This document shows, one piece after another, positions 29,880 to 40,467 of a stretch of DNA of 64,000 bases. Source of the DNA: a bacterium (lineage in GTDB: Bacteria; UBA8248); assembly GCA_965213625.1 (NCBI GenBank), contig CBDBZU010000004.1, positions 736,001-800,000 on the forward strand, written 5' to 3'. The stretch's first letter is position 1; each line of letters opens with the position of its first letter. Below the pieces are notes generated by a model. The model did no database searches, was not told where the DNA came from, and worked only from the letters and a program-made list of their open reading frames with translations. Made by a program: the position numbers and the translations under genes.

Positions 29880-31013
29880 ATGAACGAAAGACAGGCGGCG
29901 GTTGCGCCGGATTTTACAGCTCTGCGCGATGAATTCCCCGTCACCCGAAACTGGACCTACCTGGACCTCGCCAACAAGGCGCCCCTTCCCCGATGCGCTC
30001 AGGACGCCATTCCTGACTTCCTGCGGGAGATGAACGAACACGGCGGCCGGGAGGCCTTCTCCAAGCTCCGCGTAGAAGAGATTCGCGCCTCGCTGGCTTC
30101 GCTCCTGGGCGTCGCGCCGGGGACGCTCGCGTTCATCAAGAATACCTCAGAGGGCATGAACATCGCCGTACAGGCGCTGGATATCAAGGCGGGAGACAAC
30201 GTAATCCAGACCGAAATGGACCACCCGAACCAGGTGTACGCCTGGAAGCGCCTGGAAGAAAGAGGCGTCGAATTGAGGTGGGTGCGAAACAGGGACGGCC
30301 GCTTTCCGCCCGAAGCGTTCATCGAGCAGATGGACGGGAGAACGCGCGCCGTGGCGGTCTCCTACGTGATTTTCGGGACGGGCTTCCGGGTGGACCTGCC
30401 TGCCCTGGGCGCTGCCTGCCGCGAGCGCGGAATTATCTTGATGACGGATGCGATTCAGGGAGTCGGAATCCTCTCGGCATCGTTGCCGGCCCTCGGGGCG
30501 GACATCGTGGTGTGCGGCGGGCACAAGGGACTGCTCGGCCTGCCGGGCACGGGATTTCTCTTTTGCCGCGAAGACCTGATTCCCGGGATGAAGCCTCCTT
30601 TCTTCGCCCGCGCCAGCATGGTCCGCGAAGTGCTCGACCGGATGGAGGTGGGTCTGGCCCCGGACGCGCACCGCTTCGAGATCGGAAATCAAAATTACTT
30701 AGGATTATGGGTGCTCGGCCGCTCGATCGAGCTCCTGGCGGGGGTGGGGCTTGCGCAGGTCGAGGAGCGCGTCCGGGGATTGACGACATATTTGATGGAA
30801 CTGCTCGATAGGCGGGGCGAGAAGATTCTGACGCCTCGTCCCTGGGAGGAGCGCGCCGCCATCGTAAGCATCGAGTCGTCCGATCCCCCGAAGGCGGCGG
30901 CGCAACTGCGCGAGAAGAAAATCATCGCCAGCGCCCGCAACAACGCCCTTCGCTTTGCGCCGCATTTCTATAATACCGAAGAAGAACTCGAGCGGACTGT
31001 CAGCCTGCTCTAG
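29880..31013 (+). CDS. Class V PLP-dependent enzyme (cysteine desulfurase/Sec lyase/isopenicillin epimerase-like fold)
   Basis: NTSEG, DAIQ, GHKGLLG PLP lysine, RFEIG, PHFYNT. Confidence 0.9.
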   Translation: MNERQAAVAPDFTALRDEFPVTRNWTYLDLANKAPLPRCAQDAIPDFLREMNEHGGREAFSKLRVEEIRASLASLLGVAPGTLAFIKNTSEGMNIAVQALDIKAGDNVIQTEMDHPNQVYAWKRLEERGVELRWVRNRDGRFPPEAFIEQMDGRTRAVAVSYVIFGTGFRVDLPALGAACRERGIILMTDAIQGVGILSASLPALGADIVVCGGHKGLLGLPGTGFLFCREDLIPGMKPPFFARASMVREVLDRMEVGLAPDAHRFEIGNQNYLGLWVLGRSIELLAGVGLAQVEERVRGLTTYLMELLDRRGEKILTPRPWEERAAIVSIESSDPPKAAAQLREKKIIASARNNALRFAPHFYNTEEELERTVSLL

Positions 31014-31293
31014 GGAATTAGAACTGTAGCGCCTGGCCCTCCAGAATCGGTTCCTTTCCCGCATCCGGCAAGTTTATCTTCAACCGAGATTTCTCCAATA
31101 CGCTGAACTCCCGGAAACATCCAGGAAACAATCCCGAAATCCCGAATTAACGATCGCGAAACCCGCAAGACACGTATGGCTCATATCCTGATGAATGTAG
31201 CAATGGGGCGGCAGCGTTCTTTCGGCTCGAATCTTCACCTACATGGAACATTTTCCCCGCAACCCGCGTCGCCGGGCGCAACGAAGGAGATGA

Positions 31294-32958
31294 GTGATGA
31301 ACCAGAACGCACCGGATAACAAGCAGGTCAAACGCCGTGATTTTCTGAAAATAGGAGCGGGCGCCGCCGCCGGGGCGGGGCTGTTGCCGCTCCTGAAATA
31401 CCTGCCCGCCGAAGCAGCAGCGGGCCGCGACACGCTCGTGGTCGTGATCGGAAACGGCCCCAACAGCATGGACATCCACAGGAAGGGAACCAACCGTCCG
31501 AGCTACCAGGTCGCCGTGAACATCTACGATCGACTCGTCACCTATGGGCGCAAGAAGCTGCCCGACGGCAACGTGATGTACGACTACCAGAAGATAGAAC
31601 CGGAACTGGCGGAATCCTGGAGCTTTGCGCCCGACGGCATGTCCGTCACCTTCAAGATTCGCAAAGACGCCAGGTTCCACGACGGAAAACCCGTCACCGC
31701 CCATGACGTGAAATGGTCTTTCGACCGCGCGGTCTCGCTCGGTGGCTTCCCTGCCGTGCAGATGAAGGCGGGTTCGCTCATCAAGCCCGAGCAGTTCGTC
31801 GCCGTGGATAAGCACACCTTCAAAATCAACTTTATCCGCAAGAGCAAGCTCACGCTGCCCGACCTGGGCGTTCCCGTGCCCCTCATCATCAATTCGGCCG
31901 CCGCCAAGGCCAAAGCCACGAAGAGCGATCCGTGGGCAACCGGGTATTTGCACAAAAATCCGCAAGGTGGCGGGGCCTTCAAACTGGGGCGTTGGAAACC
32001 CGGCCAGCAGACAGTCTACATTCGCAACGATGAGTGGAAGTCGGGTCCCCTGCCCGGCGTAAGGCGGGTGATCGTCCGCGAGGTGGCATCCGCCTCCACG
32101 CGCCGCGCCCTTCTGCTGCGGGGAGACGCCGATGTCTCACTCGATCTCCCGCCAAAGGACACCAAGGAGCTCACGAGCAACAAGAAACTCAAAATCGCAG
32201 GAGTCCCCATCGAGAACTGCATCCACGCCGTCGGGCTGAACCTGAACTTCAAGCCCTTCGCCGACGTGCGGGTCCGCCAGGCGATGGCCTACGCCATGCC
32301 GTATGAGAAGATATTCAAGGCGGCGGCCTATGAGCGCGGCCTGCCTCTGTGGGGAGCGAAATCGCCCGATCCCGACGGCACGCTGTGGCCCCAGCCGTTC
32401 CCCTACGACACCGACCCGGCCAAGGCGAAAACCCTGCTCAAGGAGGCCGGCTACGCGAACGGGTTCAAGGTCACGCTGTCGTTCAACCTGGGACTCGCCT
32501 ACTGGACGGAGCCGACGGCGCTTCTCATCCAGGAAGGGCTCGGGAAGGTGGGGATTGAAGCGAAGCTCGACAAGATCCCCGGTTCGGGCTGGCGGACGAA
32601 GGCGCTCGTCGAGAAGAAGCTGGCGATGCACCTCAAGAACTTCGGCGGCTGGCTGAATTACCCAGAGTATTATTTCTTCTGGGCCTACCAGCCCAAGCGC
32701 CTGTTCAACTCGATGAACTACGACAACCCGAAGCTGAACAAGCTGGTGGACGAGACCCTGCACATGCCTGTGGGCAGCCCCGGCTACGCGGAGCGGGTCA
32801 AGTCGTTCATCAAAATCGCATTTGAGGACGTTCCTCTCATCCCGCTCTGGCAGCCCTATCTGGACGTCGCCATGCAAAAGCATGTCGAAGGTTACGAATA
32901 CTGGTTCCACCGTCAGCTCGACGTGAGGCCGTTCAAGAAATTGCCGAAAAAGGCCTGA
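31294..32958 (+). CDS. Family 5 (Dpp/Opp) ABC substrate-binding protein, Tat-exported
   Basis: KRRDFLK Tat motif; PELAESW, FHDGKPVTAHDVKWSFDR. Confidence 0.93.
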   Translation: MMNQNAPDNKQVKRRDFLKIGAGAAAGAGLLPLLKYLPAEAAAGRDTLVVVIGNGPNSMDIHRKGTNRPSYQVAVNIYDRLVTYGRKKLPDGNVMYDYQKIEPELAESWSFAPDGMSVTFKIRKDARFHDGKPVTAHDVKWSFDRAVSLGGFPAVQMKAGSLIKPEQFVAVDKHTFKINFIRKSKLTLPDLGVPVPLIINSAAAKAKATKSDPWATGYLHKNPQGGGAFKLGRWKPGQQTVYIRNDEWKSGPLPGVRRVIVREVASASTRRALLLRGDADVSLDLPPKDTKELTSNKKLKIAGVPIENCIHAVGLNLNFKPFADVRVRQAMAYAMPYEKIFKAAAYERGLPLWGAKSPDPDGTLWPQPFPYDTDPAKAKTLLKEAGYANGFKVTLSFNLGLAYWTEPTALLIQEGLGKVGIEAKLDKIPGSGWRTKALVEKKLAMHLKNFGGWLNYPEYYFFWAYQPKRLFNSMNYDNPKLNKLVDETLHMPVGSPGYAERVKSFIKIAFEDVPLIPLWQPYLDVAMQKHVEGYEYWFHRQLDVRPFKKLPKKA

Positions 32959-33003
32959 GCCGGATCGCAACTCAGTTGGGCGTCCTTTGAAGGGGGGGAC
33001 GAT

Positions 33004-34032
33004 GTGATGAAAGGCGATTCCCTACTCCTGATCGGCCGGCGTCTCCTCCAGGCGGCGCCGGTCGTGATGGGGATCATCGTGGTGACGTTTATCCTGACGC
33101 GGGCCTTGCCGGGCGATCCGGCGGTATTCTTCGCCGGGCCTGCCGCGGATGAAAAATCCATCGCCGAGATACGCGCCTCTCTGGGACTCGACAAGAGCTG
33201 GCCCGAACAATTCTGGGTCTACCTCCAGAATCTCGCGCGTGGGGATCTGGGCAAATCCATCAGCACGGGCCAGCCCGTCCTCGAAGAACTCGCCACACGG
33301 CTACCGGCTTCGCTCGAGCTCACGCTCATGGGCTTGTTTCTTGCCGTCGCCATCGCCATCCCCCTGGGAATACTGGCGGCCACGCGGCCCAACTCGTTCA
33401 TCGATCACCTCTGCCGTCTCGTTGTGACCATCGGGGTATCCCTGCCCACCTTCTTCACCGGGTTGTTCCTCGTCTATATCTTCTATTTTCTGCTGGGCCT
33501 CTCGCCCGCTCCCCTCGGACGATTGAGCATCATCCACATCGCTCCCGATCACGTCACGGGCTTCTACCTGATCGACAGCCTTATCGCTGGTGATCTCGAG
33601 GTCTTTCGTGCTGCGCTTTCCCAGATGATTCTCCCCGCTGCGACACTGGGGATTTTCGCCCTGGCCCCGCTCGCGCGGATGACGAGAGCCGCGATGCTGG
33701 GAGTTCTCACGAGCGACTTCGTTCGCACGGCGCGTGCGAGCGGCCTGTCACGCAAGACAATACTCTGGGTCTATGCTTTTCAAAACGCCATCCTCCCCGT
33801 CCTGACCACGCTCGGGATGGTGTTCTCATTCCTTTTGGGGGCGAATGTCCTGGTCGAGAAAGTATTCGCCTGGCCGGGCATCGGCTCGTTCGCCATCGAG
33901 GCTCTCATCGCCTCGGATTACGCCGCCGTGCAGGGCTTTGTTCTGGCCATGGCGTTGATGTACGTGCTCCTGAACCTGACAATCGACATCCTCTATACGG
34001 TGGTTGATCCGCGTATCGGGCTGGAAGGCTGA
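33004..34032 (+). CDS. Dpp/Opp ABC permease (B)
   Basis: LPGDPA, RLPASLEL, FVRTARASGL, FAWPGIG. Confidence 0.93.
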   Translation: MMKGDSLLLIGRRLLQAAPVVMGIIVVTFILTRALPGDPAVFFAGPAADEKSIAEIRASLGLDKSWPEQFWVYLQNLARGDLGKSISTGQPVLEELATRLPASLELTLMGLFLAVAIAIPLGILAATRPNSFIDHLCRLVVTIGVSLPTFFTGLFLVYIFYFLLGLSPAPLGRLSIIHIAPDHVTGFYLIDSLIAGDLEVFRAALSQMILPAATLGIFALAPLARMTRAAMLGVLTSDFVRTARASGLSRKTILWVYAFQNAILPVLTTLGMVFSFLLGANVLVEKVFAWPGIGSFAIEALIASDYAAVQGFVLAMALMYVLLNLTIDILYTVVDPRIGLEG

Positions 34033-34034
34033 TC

Positions 34035-34880
34035 GTGAACGCACATTTCCGGCACCTGCGATACGTGATGGGGGAGAACCCCGTCACGTTTTTCTCGTTC
34101 ATCCTTTTCTTCCTGCTGATGGCTCTCGGTTTGTTCGGTCCCTGGATCGCACCCTACGACCCCCTCGCCAGCGACACGGCGAACGCTCTCAAGCCGCCCA
34201 CGTGGGCGCATCCGTTCGGCACCGACAATCTGGGGCGGGACGTTTTCAGCCGCGTGATTACGGCCACGCGGCTCGACCTGGCGATATCGGTGGCGGCCGT
34301 TTCGCTCTCCTTCGTCGCGGGAAGCGTCGCCGGGGTCTGTGCGGGCTACTTCGGGGGAATGACGGACAAACTCATCAGCCGCCTCACCGACACCATCATG
34401 GCGTTTCCCCTTTTCGTGCTGGCCATGGGCATCGTATCGGCTCTGGGAAATACGATTGAGAACATCGTCTATACCACGGCCGTCATCAACTTCCCCTTCT
34501 ACGCGCGCGTGGCGCGGGCGGAGGCGAATTCACGCCGCGAGGCGGGTTTCGTGGAGGCGGCGCGCCTTTCAGGAAACGGGCACGGGCGGATTCTGCTCTT
34601 CCACATGGGGCCCAACATCATGCCGCCGATGATGGTTCAGATATCACTCAACATGGGCTACGCCATACTGAACGCGGCGGGACTCTCCTTCATCGGACTC
34701 GGCGTCCGGCCCCCGACCCCCGAGTGGGGCATCATGGTGGCCGAGGGAGCCAAGTTCATCGTCTCGGGTGAGTGGTGGCTGGCTATTTTCCCCGGAGCCG
34801 CCCTGATGCTCGCCGTGCTTTGCTTCAACTTGCTGGGCGACGGCCTCCGCGATCTGATCGACCCGAGAATGAGGACGTGA
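34035..34880 (+). CDS. Dpp/Opp ABC permease (C)
   Basis: HPFGTDNLGRD, FVEAARLSG, PPTPEWG, GDGLRD. Confidence 0.93.
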   Translation: MNAHFRHLRYVMGENPVTFFSFILFFLLMALGLFGPWIAPYDPLASDTANALKPPTWAHPFGTDNLGRDVFSRVITATRLDLAISVAAVSLSFVAGSVAGVCAGYFGGMTDKLISRLTDTIMAFPLFVLAMGIVSALGNTIENIVYTTAVINFPFYARVARAEANSRREAGFVEAARLSGNGHGRILLFHMGPNIMPPMMVQISLNMGYAILNAAGLSFIGLGVRPPTPEWGIMVAEGAKFIVSGEWWLAIFPGAALMLAVLCFNLLGDGLRDLIDPRMRT

Positions 34881-35851
34881 TGGAATCCCGGAATCCTCTC
34901 CTGGTCGTCGAAAATCTCTCTCTCGAATTCCGAACCCGCACCGGCGTCGTCAAGGCGCTCGAAAACGTCAGCTTCGAGATCGAAAAGGGACAGACGGTCG
35001 GCGTCGTCGGCGAGAGCGGTTCGGGAAAGTCCGTGATGTCATACGCCATCATGGGAATCTCGGATCCGGCGGCGAGAGTCACTTCGGGCCGGATTGTTTT
35101 CGGGGGCATTTCTCTGTTCGAGAAGTCCCGGCAAGAGCTGCAGGAAATGCGCGGACGTGAGCTCTCCATGATCTTCCAGAGCCCGAGAACGGCGCTGAAC
35201 CCCATCCGGACCATCGGCAGACAACTCGAGGACGTCATCTATCGACACAGCAGTTTCCGCGGCCGGCAGATTCGCGAGCGCGCGCTCGATCTGCTCAACA
35301 AGGTTCGCATCCCGGACCCTGAGAAGCGCTACCGCGCCTACCCGTTCGAACTCTCCGGCGGCATGTGCCAGCGCGTGATGATAGCGATCGCCATCTCCTC
35401 CAACCCCTGGCTCCTGATAGCGGACGAACCCGTGACGGGTCTGGACGTCACGACACAGGCGGTGATCATGGACCTCATCCAGGACGCGTCGCGAGAGAGA
35501 AACATGGGAACGATCCTCATCACGCACGACCTCGGCCTCGCCGCGGAATACTGTGACAAGATAATCGTCATGCACTCGGGGCACGTCGTCGAAGTGGCCG
35601 ATACCGAACGCTTGTTCATGGGTCCGCGGCATCCCTACACGGCGAAACTCATCGGAGCCACGCCGAATGCGAGCAGAGACCTCGCCGATCTTTCTTCGAT
35701 TCCCGGCAACCTGCCGGACCTGCGTGCGGAACTCCCGGCTTGCCGTTACAGCGAGCGGTGCGAACGCTTCGCACAGGATTGCCTGGAGTCCCCGCTTCCA
35801 CGTATGGAGACGGGAGCCGGCCATCTCGTCGCCTGCCGGTATCCTCTCTGA
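34880..35851 (+). CDS. Dpp/Opp ABC ATPase (D)
   Basis: GESGSGKS, LSGGMCQR, ADEP, HPYT, Cys-rich tail; TGATG coupling. Confidence 0.93.
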   Translation: MESRNPLLVVENLSLEFRTRTGVVKALENVSFEIEKGQTVGVVGESGSGKSVMSYAIMGISDPAARVTSGRIVFGGISLFEKSRQELQEMRGRELSMIFQSPRTALNPIRTIGRQLEDVIYRHSSFRGRQIRERALDLLNKVRIPDPEKRYRAYPFELSGGMCQRVMIAIAISSNPWLLIADEPVTGLDVTTQAVIMDLIQDASRERNMGTILITHDLGLAAEYCDKIIVMHSGHVVEVADTERLFMGPRHPYTAKLIGATPNASRDLADLSSIPGNLPDLRAELPACRYSERCERFAQDCLESPLPRMETGAGHLVACRYPL

Positions 35852-36909
35852 TGGCTCTGCTCCAAATCGTCGACCTCATGAAGAAGTTCCCGATCCGTCG
35901 GAGCGGAGCGATGGGAAGGGTCTGGAATTCGCTGCGGGGCAGGGGGGGCGAAGAACGAGACGAAGCGGGCTATCTCCACGCCGTGGACGGCGTGAGCTTC
36001 TCGATAGAAGCGGGGGAGAGCATCGGCCTCGTCGGCGAGTCCGGCTGCGGGAAGTCCACCCTTGCCCGCTTGATCGCCCGTTTGCAGGACCCGACATCGG
36101 GCGCTATCGCCTTTGAGGGCAGGAACATCGGGGGGATTCCGGCGAACCGATTCATACAGGGCGAGATGCGCCGGAAAATCCAGATGGTGTTCCAGGACCC
36201 CACGGAAAGCCTGAATCCGGGGTTCACTACTTTTCGGGTGATTGCCGACCCGCTCTTGCGACTGGGCGGGATGCGGAGCGACCCCGGGTTGAGAAAGCGC
36301 GTGGAGGAACTCTGCGAGCTGGTGGGTCTCGCGCCGGAGTTCCTGGACCGGTATCCGCATCAACTCTCCGGCGGCCAGAAGGCGCGGGTCGGAATCGCGC
36401 GCGCGATAGCGCTTGAACCATCACTACTCATTCTGGACGAGCCCACCTCCGCCCTGGACGTTTCGGTTCAGGCGGTCATCCTGCATCTCCTGGAAGATCT
36501 GAAAAACCGCCTCGGGATGAGCTATCTGTTCGTCTCCCATGACCTGAACGTCGTCCGGCTGCTCTGCCAGCGGGTTCTGGTTATGTACCTCGGCAAAATT
36601 GTGGAGACGGGGCCCACCGGGGAAATATTGCGGCAACCGCGCCATCCCTACACGCAGGCGCTCCTCTCCGCCATACCCGCCATCAACACGACCGAGCGCA
36701 CCGACCGGGTGCGATTGACCGGCGAGCCGATGAGCCCCATCGATCCCTCCCCCCACCTCTGCCGGTTTTACAGCCGCTGTCCTCATAGAGAGGCCAGGTG
36801 CCAGGAAGAAATGCCGATGCTGACGCCTCACCCCGGCGGAATCGAAACCGCCTGCCACTTTCCATTGGAGGAGAGAGAAAACAACGAGACGCGAATGGCG
36901 GTTTCCTGA
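35851..36909 (+). CDS. Dpp/Opp ABC ATPase (F)
   Basis: GESGCGKS, LSGGQKAR, DEPTSALD, ACH tail; TGATG coupling. Confidence 0.93.
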   Translation: MALLQIVDLMKKFPIRRSGAMGRVWNSLRGRGGEERDEAGYLHAVDGVSFSIEAGESIGLVGESGCGKSTLARLIARLQDPTSGAIAFEGRNIGGIPANRFIQGEMRRKIQMVFQDPTESLNPGFTTFRVIADPLLRLGGMRSDPGLRKRVEELCELVGLAPEFLDRYPHQLSGGQKARVGIARAIALEPSLLILDEPTSALDVSVQAVILHLLEDLKNRLGMSYLFVSHDLNVVRLLCQRVLVMYLGKIVETGPTGEILRQPRHPYTQALLSAIPAINTTERTDRVRLTGEPMSPIDPSPHLCRFYSRCPHREARCQEEMPMLTPHPGGIETACHFPLEERENNETRMAVS

Positions 36910-37061
36910 GCGGAGCACAAAGCCGCGATTGACATACAGAGATTCTCCTCCGGTGTTTATTCCTCCCGCGTTGGTCGGCAAGCCGCAATCGCCCCGCGGC
37001 CGCTACCAGCGCTTTCTCCCCGGTCGCCATTCATTCACAAGGAGTAGCGACGCCGGATTGC

Positions 37062-37455
37062 GCATTTCCCCGCATTTGCCGTTATCGGGATTTCTTCTGG
37101 ATGGGGGAGAATTTCGCGCGGGCGAAGGAGTGTTCCCGGCGAGGAGAGGAGGGGAGAAAATGGACAAGGCGATATGGGTTGGGGAACAAACTGCAATCCC
37201 TCCTTCCTCAGTCGCGATTGACCTCGCTCGGAAAAGCGCAAACGCTCCCTCATTTCTCGCGTTAAGGGCGCAGTCTTTCCCTCCTCAGGGTGGGGTGGCC
37301 CCGGTAAGGGGTCGCCACCTGACCTCTTCGGGCGAAATCGACCCTCGATCCTCGTTCGCGGCAAACGCTCGCTCGGGGCAGCCCGGAATTACCGAAAAAT
37401 TAGATAAATTTAGATAAATTCACGGGGTTTTTCGATAAATTCCCGAAAATTTAAT
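37062..37455. repeat. Intergenic repeat blocks shared with 47489-47860
   Basis: GCATTTCCCCGCATTTGCCGT (direct); GGCAAACGCTCGCTC and a ~70-bp AT-rich block (inverted). Confidence 0.75.
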
Positions 37456-37582
37456 ATGAGCGTAAAGTGTTGATAATGTATAGGATATATCGGATGTTCC
37501 CCTTCGATTGACACCCCGGATCCCCCTATTTAGTATGAGGCATTCTTGGGAAGAGGCGTCCGGCCATCAACGAGGAGTGGAT

Positions 37583-38056
37583 ATGCGAATCGGTAAATGG
37601 GTGTGCGCGCTGGGTTGTGTGGTCTTGATGACGGTGGTGGTTCCCTCTTTCTCCGCAGACCAGGATGAGCAGACGCTGCGCGGCGTGCAAAGGGTGCGCG
37701 TACGTACGATGAAGAGCATCAGCCGCGCGATGCGCCGCATCAAGGTGTATACGAAGAAGGCGAACTACAAGCGCGTCGCAAGCGCGGCGGAGGAAATTGC
37801 GCTGCTCTCGGCGGCGATTCCATTCCTGAGCCCCAAGGGCAGCGCTTTCGGCAAGACGCGAATCAAGGCCGAGGTGTGGAGCCACTTTGATGATTACGAG
37901 AAAATCGCAAAAGATTCGGCGCAAATCGCCAGAGACGTCGCGAAAGCGGCGAGGGCCAATAATAAGGATGCCGTGCTGAAAGCGTTCAGCGCCCTGTCTG
38001 ACAGCTGTACGCAGTGCCACAAGCCTTACCGCAAGAAAAAGATAAGAAGAAGATAA
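37583..38056 (+). CDS. Cytochrome c' / c556 (class II)
   Basis: Signal peptide, KAEVW, C-terminal CTQCH; GAGGAG RBS. Confidence 0.9.
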   Translation: MRIGKWVCALGCVVLMTVVVPSFSADQDEQTLRGVQRVRVRTMKSISRAMRRIKVYTKKANYKRVASAAEEIALLSAAIPFLSPKGSAFGKTRIKAEVWSHFDDYEKIAKDSAQIARDVAKAARANNKDAVLKAFSALSDSCTQCHKPYRKKKIRRR

Positions 38057-38090
38057 ATCACAGTCGTCCATACACATTCGAGGGCGCGCA

Positions 38091-38975
38091 TTGACGACCC
38101 GGCCCACCATTTCCGGGCCTGACCCGGATACGAAACCGCCGAAATTCAGAGCTCCGGCAGGAGCGGCGGATTGTCATTTCCATATTTTCGGCCCAGAGGC
38201 GGATTACCCCTACGCCGAACCCAGGCGCTACACGCCCGTTCAGGTGCTGGAGAGCGACTACCGGAAGATGGCCGACGTTTTGGGCCTCGAGCGGGGCGTC
38301 GTGGTGCAGGCGAGCCCTTACGGCGCGGACAACGCGAGAGTGCTCGAGGCGATTCGCGTCCTGGGGCCGGGCTATGTCGGCGTGGGCGTGGTGGATGCGG
38401 GTGTGTCGGAGGAGCGGCTCGATGAGTTGACCCGGCTCGACATCCGGGGAACCCGAATCAACATGGCTTCGGGAGGCAGAAGCGGTATCGAGCGGATGGA
38501 GGAGTTGGCTACAAAGATAAAGGATTTTGGCTGGCACATGCAGTTTCATGTTCATGCCGACCAGTTGTCCGTTTATGAAGAGAAGATACGGAAATTACCG
38601 GTCGACGCGGTGTTCGATCATATGGGTCTTATCCCCGCGGACTTGCCTCTGGCGCACCCTGATTTCCAGATGCTGTTGCGTTTGCTCGAAAGCGGAAACG
38701 TATGGGTGAAACTGAGCGGCGCCGAACGCATTGCCAAGCGCGGCTCTCCTTACCACGACGCCATCCCCGTGGCGCGCGCCTTGATCGACGCCGCACCAGA
38801 GCGAGTTGTATGGGGTACCGATTGGCCGCACACGAACGTGAAGCCCACGATTCCCAACGATGGTGAATTGATGGATCTTCTCGCAGAATTCGCACCTGAA
38901 GTCAGCGTGCGACGAAAAATACTGGTGGAAAATCCTTGCGCCCTGTACGGGTTCGAAGAGAAGAAATTTCGTTGA
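38091..38975 (+). CDS. Amidohydrolase family lactonase (LigI-like)
   Basis: DCHFHIFGP, VQASPYGADN, FDHMG, WVKLSG, WGTDWPH. Confidence 0.9.
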   Translation: MTTRPTISGPDPDTKPPKFRAPAGAADCHFHIFGPEADYPYAEPRRYTPVQVLESDYRKMADVLGLERGVVVQASPYGADNARVLEAIRVLGPGYVGVGVVDAGVSEERLDELTRLDIRGTRINMASGGRSGIERMEELATKIKDFGWHMQFHVHADQLSVYEEKIRKLPVDAVFDHMGLIPADLPLAHPDFQMLLRLLESGNVWVKLSGAERIAKRGSPYHDAIPVARALIDAAPERVVWGTDWPHTNVKPTIPNDGELMDLLAEFAPEVSVRRKILVENPCALYGFEEKKFR

Positions 38976-38994
38976 ATCGAAATGACCTTGAGGG

Positions 38995-40455
38995 TCAGCC
39001 CCCTAATTTTTCTCTGAGTATTGCCTGTAAAGCCTTTGGATTGGCCTTCCCCTCCGTCGCCTTCATCACCTGGCCGACGAAAAAGCCCATGAGCTTGGTT
39101 CTTCCGCCTAGGTAGGCTTCGACTTCGTCTGGATTTGATGTGAGCACTTCTTCCACAACGCTCTCGATCGCGCTCGTGTCCGTGATTTGTTTCAAGCCCT
39201 TTTCTTCCACGATTATCCCGGGGTCTTTGCCGCTCTCCGCCATCGAATCGAACACTGTCTTTGCGATTTTCCCGCTGATAGTGCCATCGTTGATAAGCAA
39301 GACCATTTTGGCCAGCCGCTCAGGAGAGATTGGACATTCCTTGATGTTGATCTTTCGCTCGTTCAACAAGCGCAATATGTCGCCCATGACCCAGTTGCTT
39401 GCCGCTTTGGCTTGATTCTTGCCAGTAGCCGCGACTACTTGGTCGAAATAGGCTGCCAATTCTTTTTCCGCCGTGAGAACTTCCGCATCGTATCGGGGGA
39501 GGCCGTACTCGTCTTGAAAGCGTTTGCTTTTTGCATCGGGAAGCTCCGGTAGTTGCGCACGGACTTCATCGAGCCATTTCGTATCTAGGGTGAGCGGCAC
39601 CAAATCGGGATCAGGGAAATAGCGATAATCATGAGCGTATTCCTTCGATCGCATTCCCCGAGTTACGCCGGCGTTTTCATCCCAAAGTCTGGTCTCCTGA
39701 TGTATGACGCCGCTGGAATCCAGGACTTCTCTCTGGCGCTTTTCTTCGTACTCGAGTGCTCGTCTTAAATTTCGAAAAGAATTCATGTTCTTGATTTCAA
39801 CCTTCTCGCCGAGTTTCTCCGAGCCTTGCGGCCTGAGGGAAATATTGGCGTCGCACCGCAGGCTGCCTTCCTGCATGTTACCGTCGGATATACCTAGATA
39901 ACGCACCAAGGTACGGAGCTTTCTCATATAGGATTCGGCGTCATCTGGATTTCTGAGTTCTGGCTCTGAGACGATTTCGAGCAACGGCACGCCGGCACGG
40001 TTAAGATCCGAGTATGAATGATTCGGGTCTCCCAGTTCGTCTCCATGAATCAACTTGCCGGCATCTTCTTCCATATGGATTCTCGTGAGGTTTATGTTCA
40101 CATCCCGTCCGTCCTTGGTTACGAAATGAACATGTCCCCCAGTCCAAATTGGCTCTTCGTATTGACTGATTTGATATCCTTTCGGGAGATCTGGATAGAA
40201 ATAATGTTTTCGGGCGAAGCGGCAGGTCGGTGCAATCTCCGCCCCTACGGCCAATCCAAGCCTCAGGGTGTATTCTATGACTTGTCGGTTCAAAACCGGC
40301 AGCACGCCGGGCAGCCCAAGGTCTACCGTGCAAGTGTGTTCATTCGGGTCACCACCAAATGCTGCGCTTGAGCCACAAAATATTTTACTTTTTGTATTTA
40401 ACTGGGCATGTACTTCAAGGCCGATTACCGTTTCGTATGCCATCATCTCCCTCAA
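38995..40455 (-). CDS. gatB: Asp/Glu-tRNA amidotransferase subunit B
   Basis: IGLEVHAQL, YFYPDLPKGYQISQ, HMEEDAGK, DYRYFPDPDL; true start probably 40443-40446. Confidence 0.98.
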   Translation of the reverse strand: MREMMAYETVIGLEVHAQLNTKSKIFCGSSAAFGGDPNEHTCTVDLGLPGVLPVLNRQVIEYTLRLGLAVGAEIAPTCRFARKHYFYPDLPKGYQISQYEEPIWTGGHVHFVTKDGRDVNINLTRIHMEEDAGKLIHGDELGDPNHSYSDLNRAGVPLLEIVSEPELRNPDDAESYMRKLRTLVRYLGISDGNMQEGSLRCDANISLRPQGSEKLGEKVEIKNMNSFRNLRRALEYEEKRQREVLDSSGVIHQETRLWDENAGVTRGMRSKEYAHDYRYFPDPDLVPLTLDTKWLDEVRAQLPELPDAKSKRFQDEYGLPRYDAEVLTAEKELAAYFDQVVAATGKNQAKAASNWVMGDILRLLNERKINIKECPISPERLAKMVLLINDGTISGKIAKTVFDSMAESGKDPGIIVEEKGLKQITDTSAIESVVEEVLTSNPDEVEAYLGGRTKLMGFFVGQVMKATEGKANPKALQAILREKLGG

Positions 40456-40467
40456 TCAAAATACGGA

